64,000 nt of DNA, taken from NCBI GenBank assembly GCA_902805775.1, contig CADCUB010000120.1:2153-66152 (forward strand), given 5' to 3'. A program made the position numbers and the translations under genes. The notes beneath the pieces are model-generated. The model made no database searches. It was given only the letters and a program-made list of their open reading frames with translations, and had not been told where the DNA came from. The stretch comes from an uncultured Frankineae bacterium (lineage in GTDB: Bacteria > Actinomycetota > Actinomycetes > Mycobacteriales > SCTD01). Shown here one piece after another: positions 21,306 to 31,865 of the stretch (positions are counted from its first letter, which is position 1; the number at the start of each line of letters is the position of its first letter).

Positions 21306-23051
21306 TCAGGACTTGGCGTCGCGGCGCACCGATGCCTTGCGGCCCTTGATCAGGGTGCCCCGCAGGGCGTCGATGACCTCCTGCGCCGCCGGTTCGGGCA
21401 CCTCGACGAGCGAGAAGCGCTCGGTGATCTCGATGCCTCCGATCTGCCGGCCCGACAGGCTCGACTCACCGGTGATCGCCCCGACGAGGTCCTGCGGACG
21501 CACGCCCGCCGCACGGCCCAGGCCGACGTAGAGCCGGGTGGTCGGGCCGTCGAGGACGCGCCCCTTGCGGCCGGGTCCGCCGTCGGACCGGGACGGCGGC
21601 CCGGTGCGCGCGCGGTCGTGCCCCGGACGCTCGTGCGCCGCGCGGTCGGCGCCCGGGCGGTCGGGACGTTCGGGGCGCGCCGCCACCTCGGGGATGTCGC
21701 TGTCGTCGTCCGGGCCCGCGCCGCTGCTCGCCTCGTGGGCGAGCTTGACGCCGGCGGCCGCCACGTCCATCACGTCGAACTCGTCGGTGAGCGCCTCGAC
21801 CACGGCCCGGAAGCCGTCGAGCGAGTCCTCCAGCAGGCTCTCGCGCAGGGCCGCCCGGGTCAGCTCCAGCCGGCGCGCGCGCAGGTCCGCGACCGTCGGC
21901 ACCTTCTCCATCGTGATCCTCGAGCCGGTGACCCGCTCGATCGTCTTGAGCATCCGGTGCTCGCGCGGCTCGGCCAGCGTGATCGCGACGCCCTCGCGCC
22001 CGGCCCGGCCGACGCGGCCGATCCGGTGGACGTAGGCCTCCGGCGCCGACGGCACGTTGTAGTTGACGACGTGGGTGAGGTGCTCGACGTCGAGCCCGCG
22101 GGCGGCGACGTCGGTCGCGACGAGCAGGTCGGCGGTCTGGTTGCGCAGCCGGCCCATGACCTTGTCGCGCTGCTCCTGGCTCATCCCGCCGTGCAGCGCC
22201 TCCGCGCGGTAGCCCCGGCCGTTGAGCGTCTCGGTGAGCTGGTCGACCTCCTCCCGCGTGCGGCAGAAGACCAGCGCCGCCTCCGGCGCCTCGACGTCGA
22301 GCACGCGGCCGAGGGCGGTGGGCTTGTGCGGGCGCGCGACGACGTACGCGCTCTGGCGCACCTTGGGCGCCTGGCCCGCGGCGGGCTGCTCGCGGCGGAT
22401 CTCGATGCGCACCGGGTCGCGCAGGTGGCGCCGGGCCACCCGCTCCACGCGCGAGGGCATGGTGGCCGAGAACAGCACCGTCTGCCGGTCGGCGGGGGCG
22501 GCGTCCAGGATGGCGTCGATGTCCTCGGCGAAGCCCATGTCGAGCATCTCGTCGGCCTCGTCGAGCACCACCGTCCGCAGCGCGTCCAGGCGCAGGGTGC
22601 CGCGGTTGATGTGGTCGACGACGCGGCCGGGAGTGCCGACCACGACGTCGACGCCGCGCTCGAGCTCGCGCAGCTGGCGGCCGATCGGCTGGCCGCCGTA
22701 GACCGGCAGCACCCGGGCGCCGTCGCCGGCGCCGAACAGGTCCTTGCCGTAGCGGTGCGTGGCCTCGCTCACCTGCATGGCGAGCTCACGGGTGGGGGCG
22801 AGCACGAGGCTGACCGGAGCGCTGCCCCGCCCGCGCCGCTGCAGGCCCTGCAGCAGCGGCAGCGCGAAGGCTGCGGTCTTGCCGGTTCCGGTCGCCGCCT
22901 GCCCGAGCAGGTCGCGGCCCTCGAGCAGCGGCGGGACGGCCTCCCGCTGGATCGGCGTCGGCTCCTCGTAGCCGAGCGCCGTGAGCGCCGACAGCAGCTC
23001 CGGGCGCAGCTCGAGGTCGGCGAAGGTGCCGGCGGCCTCGGCCGTGGTCAT
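21306..23051 (-). CDS. deaD: DEAD-box RNA helicase with DbpA-type C-terminal domain
   Basis: Q motif, ATGTGKT, PTRELA, DEADEM, SAT, HRIGRVGRAG. Confidence 0.93.
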   Translation of the reverse strand: MTTAEAAGTFADLELRPELLSALTALGYEEPTPIQREAVPPLLEGRDLLGQAATGTGKTAAFALPLLQGLQRRGRGSAPVSLVLAPTRELAMQVSEATHRYGKDLFGAGDGARVLPVYGGQPIGRQLRELERGVDVVVGTPGRVVDHINRGTLRLDALRTVVLDEADEMLDMGFAEDIDAILDAAPADRQTVLFSATMPSRVERVARRHLRDPVRIEIRREQPAAGQAPKVRQSAYVVARPHKPTALGRVLDVEAPEAALVFCRTREEVDQLTETLNGRGYRAEALHGGMSQEQRDKVMGRLRNQTADLLVATDVAARGLDVEHLTHVVNYNVPSAPEAYVHRIGRVGRAGREGVAITLAEPREHRMLKTIERVTGSRITMEKVPTVADLRARRLELTRAALRESLLEDSLDGFRAVVEALTDEFDVMDVAAAGVKLAHEASSGAGPDDDSDIPEVAARPERPDRPGADRAAHERPGHDRARTGPPSRSDGGPGRKGRVLDGPTTRLYVGLGRAAGVRPQDLVGAITGESSLSGRQIGGIEITERFSLVEVPEPAAQEVIDALRGTLIKGRKASVRRDAKS

Positions 23052-23227
23052 GGGAGCGCTCCTCGAGGGGTGGTGCGGCGGGGCTCCCAGTGTGCGGGGT
23101 GCGCGTCGGGGCCAGGCAGGCAGGGCACAGCGGGCCCGATCGGTGCGGTCCGCGACGCCACCCTCCTGCGGGTGGTCAGCGCGGGCCGGGCCCGCGCTCG
23201 ATCCACGTGCACCCGCTGCCGAGCGCG

Positions 23228-25579
23228 CTACTCCCGGGTGTCGGGCTCCCGGCCCGTCGGCTGAGGGGGCTGGGCGAGCAGCGGCGCCCGCCGTCGCCAC
23301 GGGCGGACGACCGGCTCCTCGGCGCTCAGCTGCACCCGCTCGCCCGCGATCAGCAGGTCGACGACGGCGTCGGCGCCGTCGCGCAGCTCCACCCGCACCT
23401 GCGAGCCGGTCACCTCGACGAGCACCCGCATGCCGTGCCAGTGCAGGCGGAACGCCAGCCGGGTCATCCCGTCCGGCAGCTGCGGGTCGATGCTCAGCGT
23501 CGACTCCTCGATCGCCATGCCGCCGAAGCCGTCGACGAGGGCGCTCCAGGCGCCGGCCATCGACGCCATGTGCAGGCCGTCCCGGGCGTTGCCGTGCAGG
23601 TCGCGCAGGTCGACCAGCGCAGCCTCGTGCAGGTAGTCGTGCGCGAGCTCGAGGTGACCGGTGCGCGCGCACATCACCGACTGGGTGCAGGCCGACAGCG
23701 ACGAGTCGCGGACGGTCCGGCGCTCGTAGTAGTCGACGTTGCGCGCCTTCTGCCCCTCGTCGAAGGCCTCCGGGCACCAGTGCATGGCCAGCACGAGGTC
23801 GGCCTGCTTGACGACCTGCGTGCGGTAGAGCTGGAAGTACGGCACGTGGAGCAGCAGGGGGTAGTCGTCCTTGGAGGCCTCGAAGTCCCACTCCGCGTAG
23901 CGCGTGAACGACTCCGACTGCGGGTGCACGCCCAGGTCGGCGTCGTAGGGGATGTGCACCGCCTTGGCGGCGTCGCGCCAGGAGGCCGTCTCCTCGGTGC
24001 TGGCGCCGAGAGTGCGGGCGCGGCCGGGGTTGCGGGCGCAGGCGTCGGCTGCCGCGCGCAGGTTGCGCGCTGCCATGAGGTTGGTGAACACGTTGTCGTC
24101 CACCACCGCCGTGTACTCGTCGGGGCCGGTGACACCGTCGATGTGCCACGCGCCGCGGGCGTCGTGGTGACCGAGGCTCATCCAGAGCCGCGCCGTCTCG
24201 ACGAGCAGCTCGAGACCGCCGTCGTCCTCGAAGGACGTGTCGCCGGTCATGAGGCGGTAGCGCTCAGCGGCGAACGCGATGACCGCGTTGACGTGGAAGG
24301 CGGCGGTGCCGGCCGGCCAGTAGGCCGAGCACTCCTGGCCGCGGATGGTCCGCCACGGGAAGGCCGCGCCGCGCAGGCCGAGCAGCTCGGCCCGCTCCTT
24401 GGCCAGGTCGAGCGTCGAGTGGCGCCAGCGCAGGACGTCGGCGGCGGCGTCCGGAGCCGTGGCGGTGAGCGTGGCGAGCACGAAGCCCTCGGTGTCCCAG
24501 AACGCGTGGCCGTCGTAGCCCGGGCCGGTGAGCCCCTTGGCGGGGACGGCCCGGCGCTCGGCCCGCGCTCCCGCCTGCAGGATGTGGAACAGCCCGAAGC
24601 GCACCGCCTGCTGCACGACCGGGTCGCCGTCGACCTCGACGTCGGCGCCGTCCCAGAAGTCGTCGAGGTAGGCCCGCTGGCCGGCGAGCAGGCCCTCCCA
24701 GCCGCTGTAGCGCGCGCTGGTCAGCGCCGCCGCGACCTGGTCGCGCACCGCCGGCACGGAGCGCACGCTGGACCAGCCGTACGCCAGGAACTTCACGACC
24801 CGCAGGACCTCACCGGCGGCCAGTCCGCAGACGATCGTGGTCCGTGCCCAGTCGGGGCGTGCGTCGGTCTCCTCGGTCATCCGTCCGGGGGCGGTGACCA
24901 CGTGGTCCATGCCGGCAGCCATCAGCAGCTCGCTGCTGCGGGTGCGGTGCACGAGCAGGGCACCGTGCTGCTCGACGTCCTGCTCGACGGCCACGAGCGG
25001 CTTGTCCAGCGCCGCCGCCACCCGGGGGTCGCCGGTCAGGTGCGGCTGCTCCTCGTTCGCGACCAGCTCGGACTGCACGGTGATCCGCACGTCCTCGTCG
25101 ACGGCCTCCACCTCGTAGGAGATGGCCGCCACGGCGCGGTGCGCGAACGAGACCAGGCGCGTGGAGCGCAGGCGGACGCGCTTGCCGGCGGGGGAGATCC
25201 AGTCGGCGCAGCGCGAGAGCGTCCCGGCGCGCAGGTCCAGCGTGCGCTCGTGCTGCAGCAGCTCGCCGTAGCGGACGTCGAAGGGCTCGTCGTCGACGAG
25301 CAGGCGCAGCAGCTTGCCGTTGGTGACGTCGACGACCGTCTGCCCGTCCTCGGGGTAGCCGTAGCCGGCCTCGGCGTAGGGCAGCGGCCGGCTCTCGTAG
25401 TAGGAGTTGAGGTAGGTGCCCGGGATCGCGTGGGGCTCGCCCTCGTCGAGGTTGCCGCGCAGCCCGATGTGGCCGTTGCTGAGCGCGAACACCGACTCGG
25501 TCTGCGCCAGGACCTCGAGGGCGAGGTGCGGCTCGCGCACGCACCAGGGGTCGACCGGGAAGGTGCCGGTGGTGATCAT
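23228..25579 (-). CDS. GH65 glycoside phosphorylase/hydrolase
   Basis: [41 protein letters not shown]. Confidence 0.94.
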   Translation of the reverse strand: MITTGTFPVDPWCVREPHLALEVLAQTESVFALSNGHIGLRGNLDEGEPHAIPGTYLNSYYESRPLPYAEAGYGYPEDGQTVVDVTNGKLLRLLVDDEPFDVRYGELLQHERTLDLRAGTLSRCADWISPAGKRVRLRSTRLVSFAHRAVAAISYEVEAVDEDVRITVQSELVANEEQPHLTGDPRVAAALDKPLVAVEQDVEQHGALLVHRTRSSELLMAAGMDHVVTAPGRMTEETDARPDWARTTIVCGLAAGEVLRVVKFLAYGWSSVRSVPAVRDQVAAALTSARYSGWEGLLAGQRAYLDDFWDGADVEVDGDPVVQQAVRFGLFHILQAGARAERRAVPAKGLTGPGYDGHAFWDTEGFVLATLTATAPDAAADVLRWRHSTLDLAKERAELLGLRGAAFPWRTIRGQECSAYWPAGTAAFHVNAVIAFAAERYRLMTGDTSFEDDGGLELLVETARLWMSLGHHDARGAWHIDGVTGPDEYTAVVDDNVFTNLMAARNLRAAADACARNPGRARTLGASTEETASWRDAAKAVHIPYDADLGVHPQSESFTRYAEWDFEASKDDYPLLLHVPYFQLYRTQVVKQADLVLAMHWCPEAFDEGQKARNVDYYERRTVRDSSLSACTQSVMCARTGHLELAHDYLHEAALVDLRDLHGNARDGLHMASMAGAWSALVDGFGGMAIEESTLSIDPQLPDGMTRLAFRLHWHGMRVLVEVTGSQVRVELRDGADAVVDLLIAGERVQLSAEEPVVRPWRRRAPLLAQPPQPTGREPDTRE

Positions 25580-26313
25580 GCGAGCAGCTCCTCGAGGTCG
25601 AGCACGACGACGTCTGCGCCCTGTGCCTTGAGCGCCTCGGACTGGCCGACGCGGTCGACACCGACCACGTAGCCGAACTCCCCCGCCCGACCGGCCTGCA
25701 CGCCGGCGAGGGCGTCCTCGAAGACCACCGACTCGGCCGCGGTCACCCCCAGGTCGGCCGCCGCCGCGAGGAAGGTGTCGGGAGCCGGCTTGCCCGGCAG
25801 CGACCGCTCCCGGGCGGTGAGCCCGTCGACCCGCAGCTCGATGAACTCCGCCAGCCCGGTGACCTCCAGCACCTGCGCGGTGTTGGCGCTGCTGGACACC
25901 ACGGCGCGCCGCAGGCCGGCGTCCCGCGCGGCCTGCAGGTAGCGGCGGCTGCCCTCGTAGACGCGCACGCCGTCCCGCTCGATGGTGGCGAGCAGCAGCT
26001 CGTTCTTGCGGTTGCCGACGCCCCACACCGTGTCGGCGTCGGGCGGGTCGTCGGCCGTGCCCTCGTCCAGGACGATGGCGCGGCTGGCGAGGAAGCTGCG
26101 CACGCCGTCCTCGCGCTTCTTGCCGTCGACGAAGTCGTTGTAGTCGCCGCCGGAGTCGAACTCGACGAACGGCTCGCCGCTCGCGTCGGCGCGTCGGCGC
26201 AGGAACTCGTCGAAGGTCTGCTTCCACGCGCGGTTGTGCACCGCAGCCGTGTCCGTGAGGACGCCGTCGAGGTCGAACAAGCAGGCCTTGACGCCGTCGG
26301 GGAGTCCGATCAC
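25576..26313 (-). CDS. Beta-phosphoglucomutase-like HAD hydrolase
   Basis: [24 protein letters not shown]; RBS AGGAGG; coupled to GH65. Confidence 0.92.
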   Translation of the reverse strand: MIGLPDGVKACLFDLDGVLTDTAAVHNRAWKQTFDEFLRRRADASGEPFVEFDSGGDYNDFVDGKKREDGVRSFLASRAIVLDEGTADDPPDADTVWGVGNRKNELLLATIERDGVRVYEGSRRYLQAARDAGLRRAVVSSSANTAQVLEVTGLAEFIELRVDGLTARERSLPGKPAPDTFLAAAADLGVTAAESVVFEDALAGVQAGRAGEFGYVVGVDRVGQSEALKAQGADVVVLDLEELLA

Positions 26314-26373
26314 GTGGTCCTCCTAGCGGGTGTCCGCCGATCATGCCCCGCGCGGGCCACGCCTATCGTGGAG

Positions 26374-29300
26374 ATGAGGATGTCGAGCGCCCTGGACCCG
26401 CAACCGGTCGGAGCGCAGCGCGAGCTGCACGACCGGCTGGCCCCGCTGCTGCTGCGCGACGCCCGCCGGCTGTCGCGGCGGCTCGAGGAGCTGCGACGGC
26501 GGCCGGACCGGCGTGCGGCGTTCGAGCGCGACCTCGAGGCCGCCGAGGAGCGGCTCGCCCGACGGCAGGCGGCGGTGCCGACCCGCATCGTCTACCCCGA
26601 GACGCTGCCGGTGTCCGAGCGGCGCGACGACATCGCCGCCGCCATCCGGGACGCGCAGGTCGTCGTGATCGCGGGCGAGACCGGCTCGGGGAAGACCACG
26701 CAGATCCCGAAGATCTGCCTCGAGCTCGGCCGGGGCGTACGAGGGCTCATCGGCCACACGCAGCCCCGCCGGATCGCGGCCCGCTCGGTCGCCGAGCGCA
26801 TCGCCGAGGAGCTCGAGGTCCCGCTGGGGTCGACCGTCGGCTACACGGTGCGCTTCCACGACCAGGTCGGGGACGACACGCTGGTCAAGCTCATGACCGA
26901 CGGTGTGCTGCTCGCCGAGATCGCCCGCGACCGGGACCTCATGGCCTACGACACGATCATCGTCGACGAGGCGCACGAGCGGTCGCTGAACATCGACTTC
27001 CTGCTCGGCTACCTCAGCCAGCTGCTGGTCCGCAGGCCCGAGCTCAAGCTGGTCATCACCAGCGCGACGATCGACCCGCAGCGCTTCGCCGACCACTTCG
27101 GCGGCGCGCCGGTGCTCGAGGTGTCGGGCCGCGGCTTCCCGGTGGAGGTCCGCTACCGGCCGATGGTCGACGACGACGTCGACCAGGTGCAGGCGGTCGT
27201 GGACGCGGTCGACGAGCTGTCCGGCGAGGGTCCCGGCGACGTGCTGGTGTTCCTGTCCGGCGAGCGCGAGATCCGCGACACCGCCGACGCGCTGAGGGCT
27301 GCGGTGCCGGAGGGCACGGAGGTCGTGCCGCTGTTCGCCCGGCTGTCCGCCGCCGAGCAGCACCGGGTGTTCGCGCCCCACCCGGGCCGGCGGATCGTGC
27401 TGGCGACCAACGTCGCCGAGACCTCCCTGACGGTGCCGGGCATCCGCTACGTGGTCGACGCCGGCACCGCCCGCATCTCCCGCTACAGCCAGCGCACCAA
27501 GGTCCAGCGCCTGCCCATCGAGCCGATCAGCCAGGCGTCGGCGACCCAGCGCGCCGGCCGCTGCGGCCGCGTGGCACCCGGCATCTGCATCCGGCTGTAC
27601 GAGGAGGACGACCTCCTCGCCCGTCCCGAGTTCACCGATCCCGAGATCCTGCGCACGAACCTGGCGTCGGTGATCCTGCAGATGACCGCGCTCGGGCTCG
27701 GCGACATCGCCGCGTTCCCCTTCGTCGAGCCGCCGGACCGGCGCAACGTCAAGGACGGCGTCGACCTGCTCGTCGAGCTCGGCGCGCTCGACCCGGCGCA
27801 GGACGACGCGCGTCGGCGGCTGACCCGGCTCGGGCGGACGCTGGCGCAGCTGCCCGTCGACCCGCGCCTGGCGCGCATGGTCGTCGAGGCCGACCGCAAC
27901 GGCTGCGTGCGCGACGTGCTCGTCATCGCGGCCGCGCTGTCGATCCAGGACCCCCGCGAGCGCCCGCAGGACCGGCAGCAGGCCGCCGCCGAGATGCACG
28001 CCCGGTTCGCCGACGAGTCCTCCGACTTCCTGGCCTACCTCAACCTGTGGCGCTACCTGCAGGAGCAGCAGAAGGCGCTGTCGTCCAGCGCCTTCCGGCG
28101 GCTGTGCAAGAAGGAGTTCCTCAACCACCTGCGGGTGCGGGAGTGGCAGGACCTGCACAGCCAGCTGCGTCGTTCGCTGTCGTCGCTGGACCTGCGGCTC
28201 GAGCACAACCCGACGAACGCCGACGCGGTCCACGCGTCGCTGCTCGCGGGCCTGCTCAGCCACGTCGGGCTGCGCGACGTGGAGAAGCGCGAGTACGTCG
28301 GTGCACGCGGTGCCCGCTTCGCCCTCGTGCCGTCGTCGGCGCTGGCGAAGAAGGCCCCGCAGTGGGTCATGGCGGCCGAGCTGGTCGAGACCAACCGCAT
28401 GTGGGGCCGGGTCGCGGCCCGGGTCGACCCGTCCTGGGTCGAGCGCGCCGGCGCCCACCTGGTGAAGCGGCACTACTCCGAGCCGCACTGGGAGCGCAAG
28501 CGCGCCGGAGTGGTGGCCTTCGAGCGGGTGACGCTGTACGGCATCCCCGTCGTCGCGCAGCGCAAGGTCGACTTCGGGCGCATCGCGCCGGTGCTCTCGC
28601 GGGAGATGTTCATCCGGTCGGCGCTGGTCGAGGGCGACTGGGACACCCGTCACGCGTTCTTCGCCGCCAACCGGGCGCTGCTGGACGACGTCGAGGAGCT
28701 CGAGCACCGCGCCCGCCGCCGGGACATCGTGGTCGACGACGAGGCGCTGTACGCCTTCTACGACGCGCGCATCCCCGCAGACGTCGTGAGCGGGCGGCAC
28801 TTCGACGCCTGGTGGAAGAAGGCCAGGCACGAGCAGCCCGACCTGCTGACGTTCACGATGGCCGACCTCGTCAGTGGTGAGGCGGCAGCGCTGTCGGCGC
28901 TCGACCACCCCGACGTGTGGGTGCAGGGCGACCTGCGGCTGCCGCTGACCTACTCCTTCGAGCCGGGCTCGGACGCCGACGGCGTCACCGTCCACATCCC
29001 CGTCGACGTGCTGAACCAGCTGTCGCCGGAGGGCTTCGACTGGCAGGTGCCCGGGCTGCGGCACGAGCTCGTCACCGCGCTGATCAAGTCGCTGCCCAAG
29101 TCGCTGCGTGTGCGGTGCGTGCCCGCGCCCGACACCGCCGCGCACGTGCTCGCCGTCGTCGAGCCGCGCTCGCGCCCCCTGCTCGACGCGCTCGAGAGCG
29201 AGCTGCTGAACACCAAGCGGATCGACGTGCGGCGCGAGGACTGGCAGCTCGACAAGGTCCCGGACCACCTGCGCATGACGTTCCGGGTGGAGGACGCCCG

Positions 29301-30237
29301 TGGCCGCACACTGGCCGAGGGCAAGGACCTCGCGGCGCTGCAGCGTTCGCTGCGGCCGGAGGTGCAGCAGGCGCTGTCGGCGGCGTCGTCGCTGGAGCGG
29401 ACGGGGCTGACGTCGTGGGACGTCGGGACGGTGCCGCGGGAGGTCACCCAGGGCAACGTGCGCGGCTTCCCTGCGCTCGTCGACGAGGGCAGCTCGGTGT
29501 CGCTGCAGGTGCTCTGGACGCCCGCCGAGCAGGTCGCGGCCCACTGGCGCGGGGTGCGGCGGCTCCTGCTGCTGAGCCTGCCGTCACCGGTCAAGGCGCT
29601 GCAGGGGCGGCTGACCAACGCCACCAAGCTGGCGCTCACCCGCAACCCGCACGGCAGCGTCGCGGCCGTCCTCGACGACTGCGCCGTGGCTGCGGCGGAC
29701 GCCCTGATGGGCGCCTCCGGAGGGGTGGTGCAGGACGCGGAGGGCTTCGAGCGGCTGCGGGAGGCGGTCCGGCCCAGGCTGGTGCCCGCGCTCGAGGAGG
29801 TGCTGACAGCGGTCACCTCGGTGCTGTCGTCCTGGTACGACCTGCGCGCCCGCCTCGAGGCCGAGCGGAGGCCGGCGCTCGCGACCTCGGTGGCGGACAT
29901 GCGCGCGCAGCTCGACCGGCTGGTCTTCCCGGGGTTCGTCACCGCGACGGGCGCGTCACGGCTGGCCGACGCGCAGCGCTACCTGTCGGCGCTCGAGGTG
30001 CGGCTGCGCAAGCTGCCGGACGACCCGGCCCGCGACCGGCTCTGGACCGCGCAGGTGGCCCGCGTGCAGGCCGAGGTGGACGACGTCGCCCGCCGGGTGC
30101 CGGCGTCGCCCGCGCTCGAGCAGGTCCGCTGGATGGTCGAAGAGCTGCGGATCAGCCTGTTCGCGCAGCCCATGCGCACGCGCGGCCCGGTGTCGGACAA
30201 GCGCATCTACAAGGCCCTCGACGCGCTGCTGCCGTAG
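26374..30237 (+). CDS. hrpA: ATP-dependent RNA helicase HrpA
   Basis: GETGSGKTTQ, TQPRR, DEAHERS, QRAGRCGR, C-terminal WMVEELRISLFAQ. Start at 26374 or 26380. Confidence 0.96.
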   Translation: MRMSSALDPQPVGAQRELHDRLAPLLLRDARRLSRRLEELRRRPDRRAAFERDLEAAEERLARRQAAVPTRIVYPETLPVSERRDDIAAAIRDAQVVVIAGETGSGKTTQIPKICLELGRGVRGLIGHTQPRRIAARSVAERIAEELEVPLGSTVGYTVRFHDQVGDDTLVKLMTDGVLLAEIARDRDLMAYDTIIVDEAHERSLNIDFLLGYLSQLLVRRPELKLVITSATIDPQRFADHFGGAPVLEVSGRGFPVEVRYRPMVDDDVDQVQAVVDAVDELSGEGPGDVLVFLSGEREIRDTADALRAAVPEGTEVVPLFARLSAAEQHRVFAPHPGRRIVLATNVAETSLTVPGIRYVVDAGTARISRYSQRTKVQRLPIEPISQASATQRAGRCGRVAPGICIRLYEEDDLLARPEFTDPEILRTNLASVILQMTALGLGDIAAFPFVEPPDRRNVKDGVDLLVELGALDPAQDDARRRLTRLGRTLAQLPVDPRLARMVVEADRNGCVRDVLVIAAALSIQDPRERPQDRQQAAAEMHARFADESSDFLAYLNLWRYLQEQQKALSSSAFRRLCKKEFLNHLRVREWQDLHSQLRRSLSSLDLRLEHNPTNADAVHASLLAGLLSHVGLRDVEKREYVGARGARFALVPSSALAKKAPQWVMAAELVETNRMWGRVAARVDPSWVERAGAHLVKRHYSEPHWERKRAGVVAFERVTLYGIPVVAQRKVDFGRIAPVLSREMFIRSALVEGDWDTRHAFFAANRALLDDVEELEHRARRRDIVVDDEALYAFYDARIPADVVSGRHFDAWWKKARHEQPDLLTFTMADLVSGEAAALSALDHPDVWVQGDLRLPLTYSFEPGSDADGVTVHIPVDVLNQLSPEGFDWQVPGLRHELVTALIKSLPKSLRVRCVPAPDTAAHVLAVVEPRSRPLLDALESELLNTKRIDVRREDWQLDKVPDHLRMTFRVEDARGRTLAEGKDLAALQRSLRPEVQQALSAASSLERTGLTSWDVGTVPREVTQGNVRGFPALVDEGSSVSLQVLWTPAEQVAAHWRGVRRLLLLSLPSPVKALQGRLTNATKLALTRNPHGSVAAVLDDCAVAAADALMGASGGVVQDAEGFERLREAVRPRLVPALEEVLTAVTSVLSSWYDLRARLEAERRPALATSVADMRAQLDRLVFPGFVTATGASRLADAQRYLSALEVRLRKLPDDPARDRLWTAQVARVQAEVDDVARRVPASPALEQVRWMVEELRISLFAQPMRTRGPVSDKRIYKALDALLP

Positions 30238-30353
30238 GGGGCGGCGCTGCTGCCTGCAGAGGGAGCCCGTCGCTCGTCGCCCGTTGCCGGACGCCCGTCC
30301 CCGTCATCCGTCGCCGGACGCCGCAACGCGGGCTGGGCAGCACGAGCTCACCC

Positions 30354-30462
30354 GCCTACGGAACTGCCCTCGGAAGTGAGGGCAGTTCCGCAGGCCGGCC
30401 GCAGGACCGCCTCTCTGCCCGGCTACGGAACTGCCCTCGCAGGTGAGGGCAGTTCCGCAGGC
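30354..30462. repeat. Two tandem REP-like palindromes
   Basis: CTACGGAACTGCCCTC-N6-GAGGGCAGTTCCGCAGGC occurs twice, each with a perfect 13-bp stem. Confidence 0.9.
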
Positions 30463-30505
30463 AGCCCGCAGAGACCCGGCCGCTGCGCCGCGGCCGAGGT
30501 CGGAC

Positions 30506-30531
30506 GCAACCTGCGGGCGCTCGGCCGCGTC
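30506..30531 (+). promoter_or_regulatory. Cell-envelope ECF (Streptomyces SigE-like) promoter
   Basis: GCAAC-N17-CGTC ahead of an L,D-transpeptidase gene. Confidence 0.55.
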
Positions 30532-30569
30532 CTGCTCGACGGAAGACCCCAGCGCCCGAGGAGCCCGTC

Positions 30570-31541
30570 GTGTCCCGCACCACCGTCCCCCCGTCCACGC
30601 GGACGACCGCCGCCGGACTCACTGCAGTGGCCCTGCTCTTGACCGGGTGCGGGGTCGACAGCCCACGTGTGCGCGTGGTGGTCGCCGAGCGCTCGCCCGC
30701 CCCCACCGCGGTCGTCCCCACCGTGGTCGCGCCCTCCCCGACGGCCACCCCGACCTCCCCGACGGCCACCCCGGCCATGCCGACGGCTGCTCCGACCGGC
30801 AGCGCGTCGCCGTCCGCCGTCGCTCCGACGCCGGGCGCCTCCCTCACCCCGGCAGCCCCCTCCGCTCCGCCGCCGACATCGCCGCCCGCCTCAGCGCCGG
30901 CAGTCGACGTCGCCGCCGTGCAGCGCCGGTTGGTCGAGCTCCGCTACTACGCGGCGGAGGTCGACGGACGACCGGGTCCCGCGCTGCGCAGCGCCGTCAT
31001 GGCGTTCCAGAAGGTCAACGGCCTGACGGCCGACGGCGTGGTCGGCCCCCGGACCCTCGCTGCCCTGGACTCGCCGCGCTCGCCCGTCCTGAGGACGTCC
31101 TCACCCGCCGACCGCGTCGAGGTCGACCTCGACCGGCAGGTGCTGCACGTCGTCGAGGACGGACGGGTCGTGCGGACCATGGCGGTGAGCTCAGGCAACG
31201 GCGAGAGCTACCGGCAGGAGGACGGCACCCGTGCGCGGGCGCTCACGCCGGTCGGCACGTACCGGATCGAACGGCGCATCGTCGGCGTCCGCGAGGCCGA
31301 CCTGGGCACGCTGTACGACCCGCAGTACTTCCACCGCGGCTGGGCCATCCACGGCTCGGAGAGCGTCCCCGCCTGGCCGGCCAGCCACGGCTGCGTCCGG
31401 GTCAGCCGGGCCGACGCTCGGGCCCTGCTCCGGCTGATCGACGTCGGGACGACGGTGCACCTCCACGGCGGCACGCACGTCTTCTCGGCCGGCAGCCGGG
31501 CGGCCGGAACGAGCACCCCGACCGGTGACGCCACCGGCTGA
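30570..31541 (+). CDS. Lipoprotein L,D-transpeptidase with peptidoglycan-binding domain
   Basis: Lipobox LTGC, Pro/Thr linker, AFQKVNGLTADGVVG, IHG...SHGCVR. Confidence 0.92.
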   Translation: MSRTTVPPSTRTTAAGLTAVALLLTGCGVDSPRVRVVVAERSPAPTAVVPTVVAPSPTATPTSPTATPAMPTAAPTGSASPSAVAPTPGASLTPAAPSAPPPTSPPASAPAVDVAAVQRRLVELRYYAAEVDGRPGPALRSAVMAFQKVNGLTADGVVGPRTLAALDSPRSPVLRTSSPADRVEVDLDRQVLHVVEDGRVVRTMAVSSGNGESYRQEDGTRARALTPVGTYRIERRIVGVREADLGTLYDPQYFHRGWAIHGSESVPAWPASHGCVRVSRADARALLRLIDVGTTVHLHGGTHVFSAGSRAAGTSTPTGDATG

Positions 31542-31580
31542 GGCCCCGGCCTGGGCCGTACGGGCGCACCCGACCCGCGG

Positions 31581-31787
31581 TCAGCGGACCGGACGCTCGA
31601 AGGTCGCCAGCAGGCCGTCGGTGCCACCGGGACCGATCCGGCCCTTGACGGTGACCGAGGTGAGGGCCTTGAGCTGCCAGCCCTCACGGGCGTGGTCGTT
31701 GAGGACCTTCTCCACCTTGCCACCGCTCATCTTCCCGCCGACCAGGCCCTCCCGGATCTCGACCACCGAGTACTCGTAGCGCTGCAC
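31581..31787 (-). CDS. DUF4177-like small protein
   Basis: RYEYSVVE...EKVLNDHAREGWQL...FERP; RBS AGGAG. Confidence 0.85.
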   Translation of the reverse strand: MQRYEYSVVEIREGLVGGKMSGGKVEKVLNDHAREGWQLKALTSVTVKGRIGPGGTDGLLATFERPVR

Positions 31788-31865
31788 GTCCGCTCCTGAC
31801 TGTCCGGGCGACCCGGTGGCCGCCACGTGAGCAGAGTGCCCGCCCCCGGCTGGCACGATGTCGCG

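Noticed and set aside
23228-26344. 1038-aa ORF suggesting a HAD-GH65 fusion
   Set aside because: The extension is the out-of-frame shadow of the HAD gene. The two genes are separate with an ATGA overlap.
30354-30462. Mini CRISPR array
   Set aside because: Only two repeats, fully palindromic with variable loops, and no cas genes or leader.
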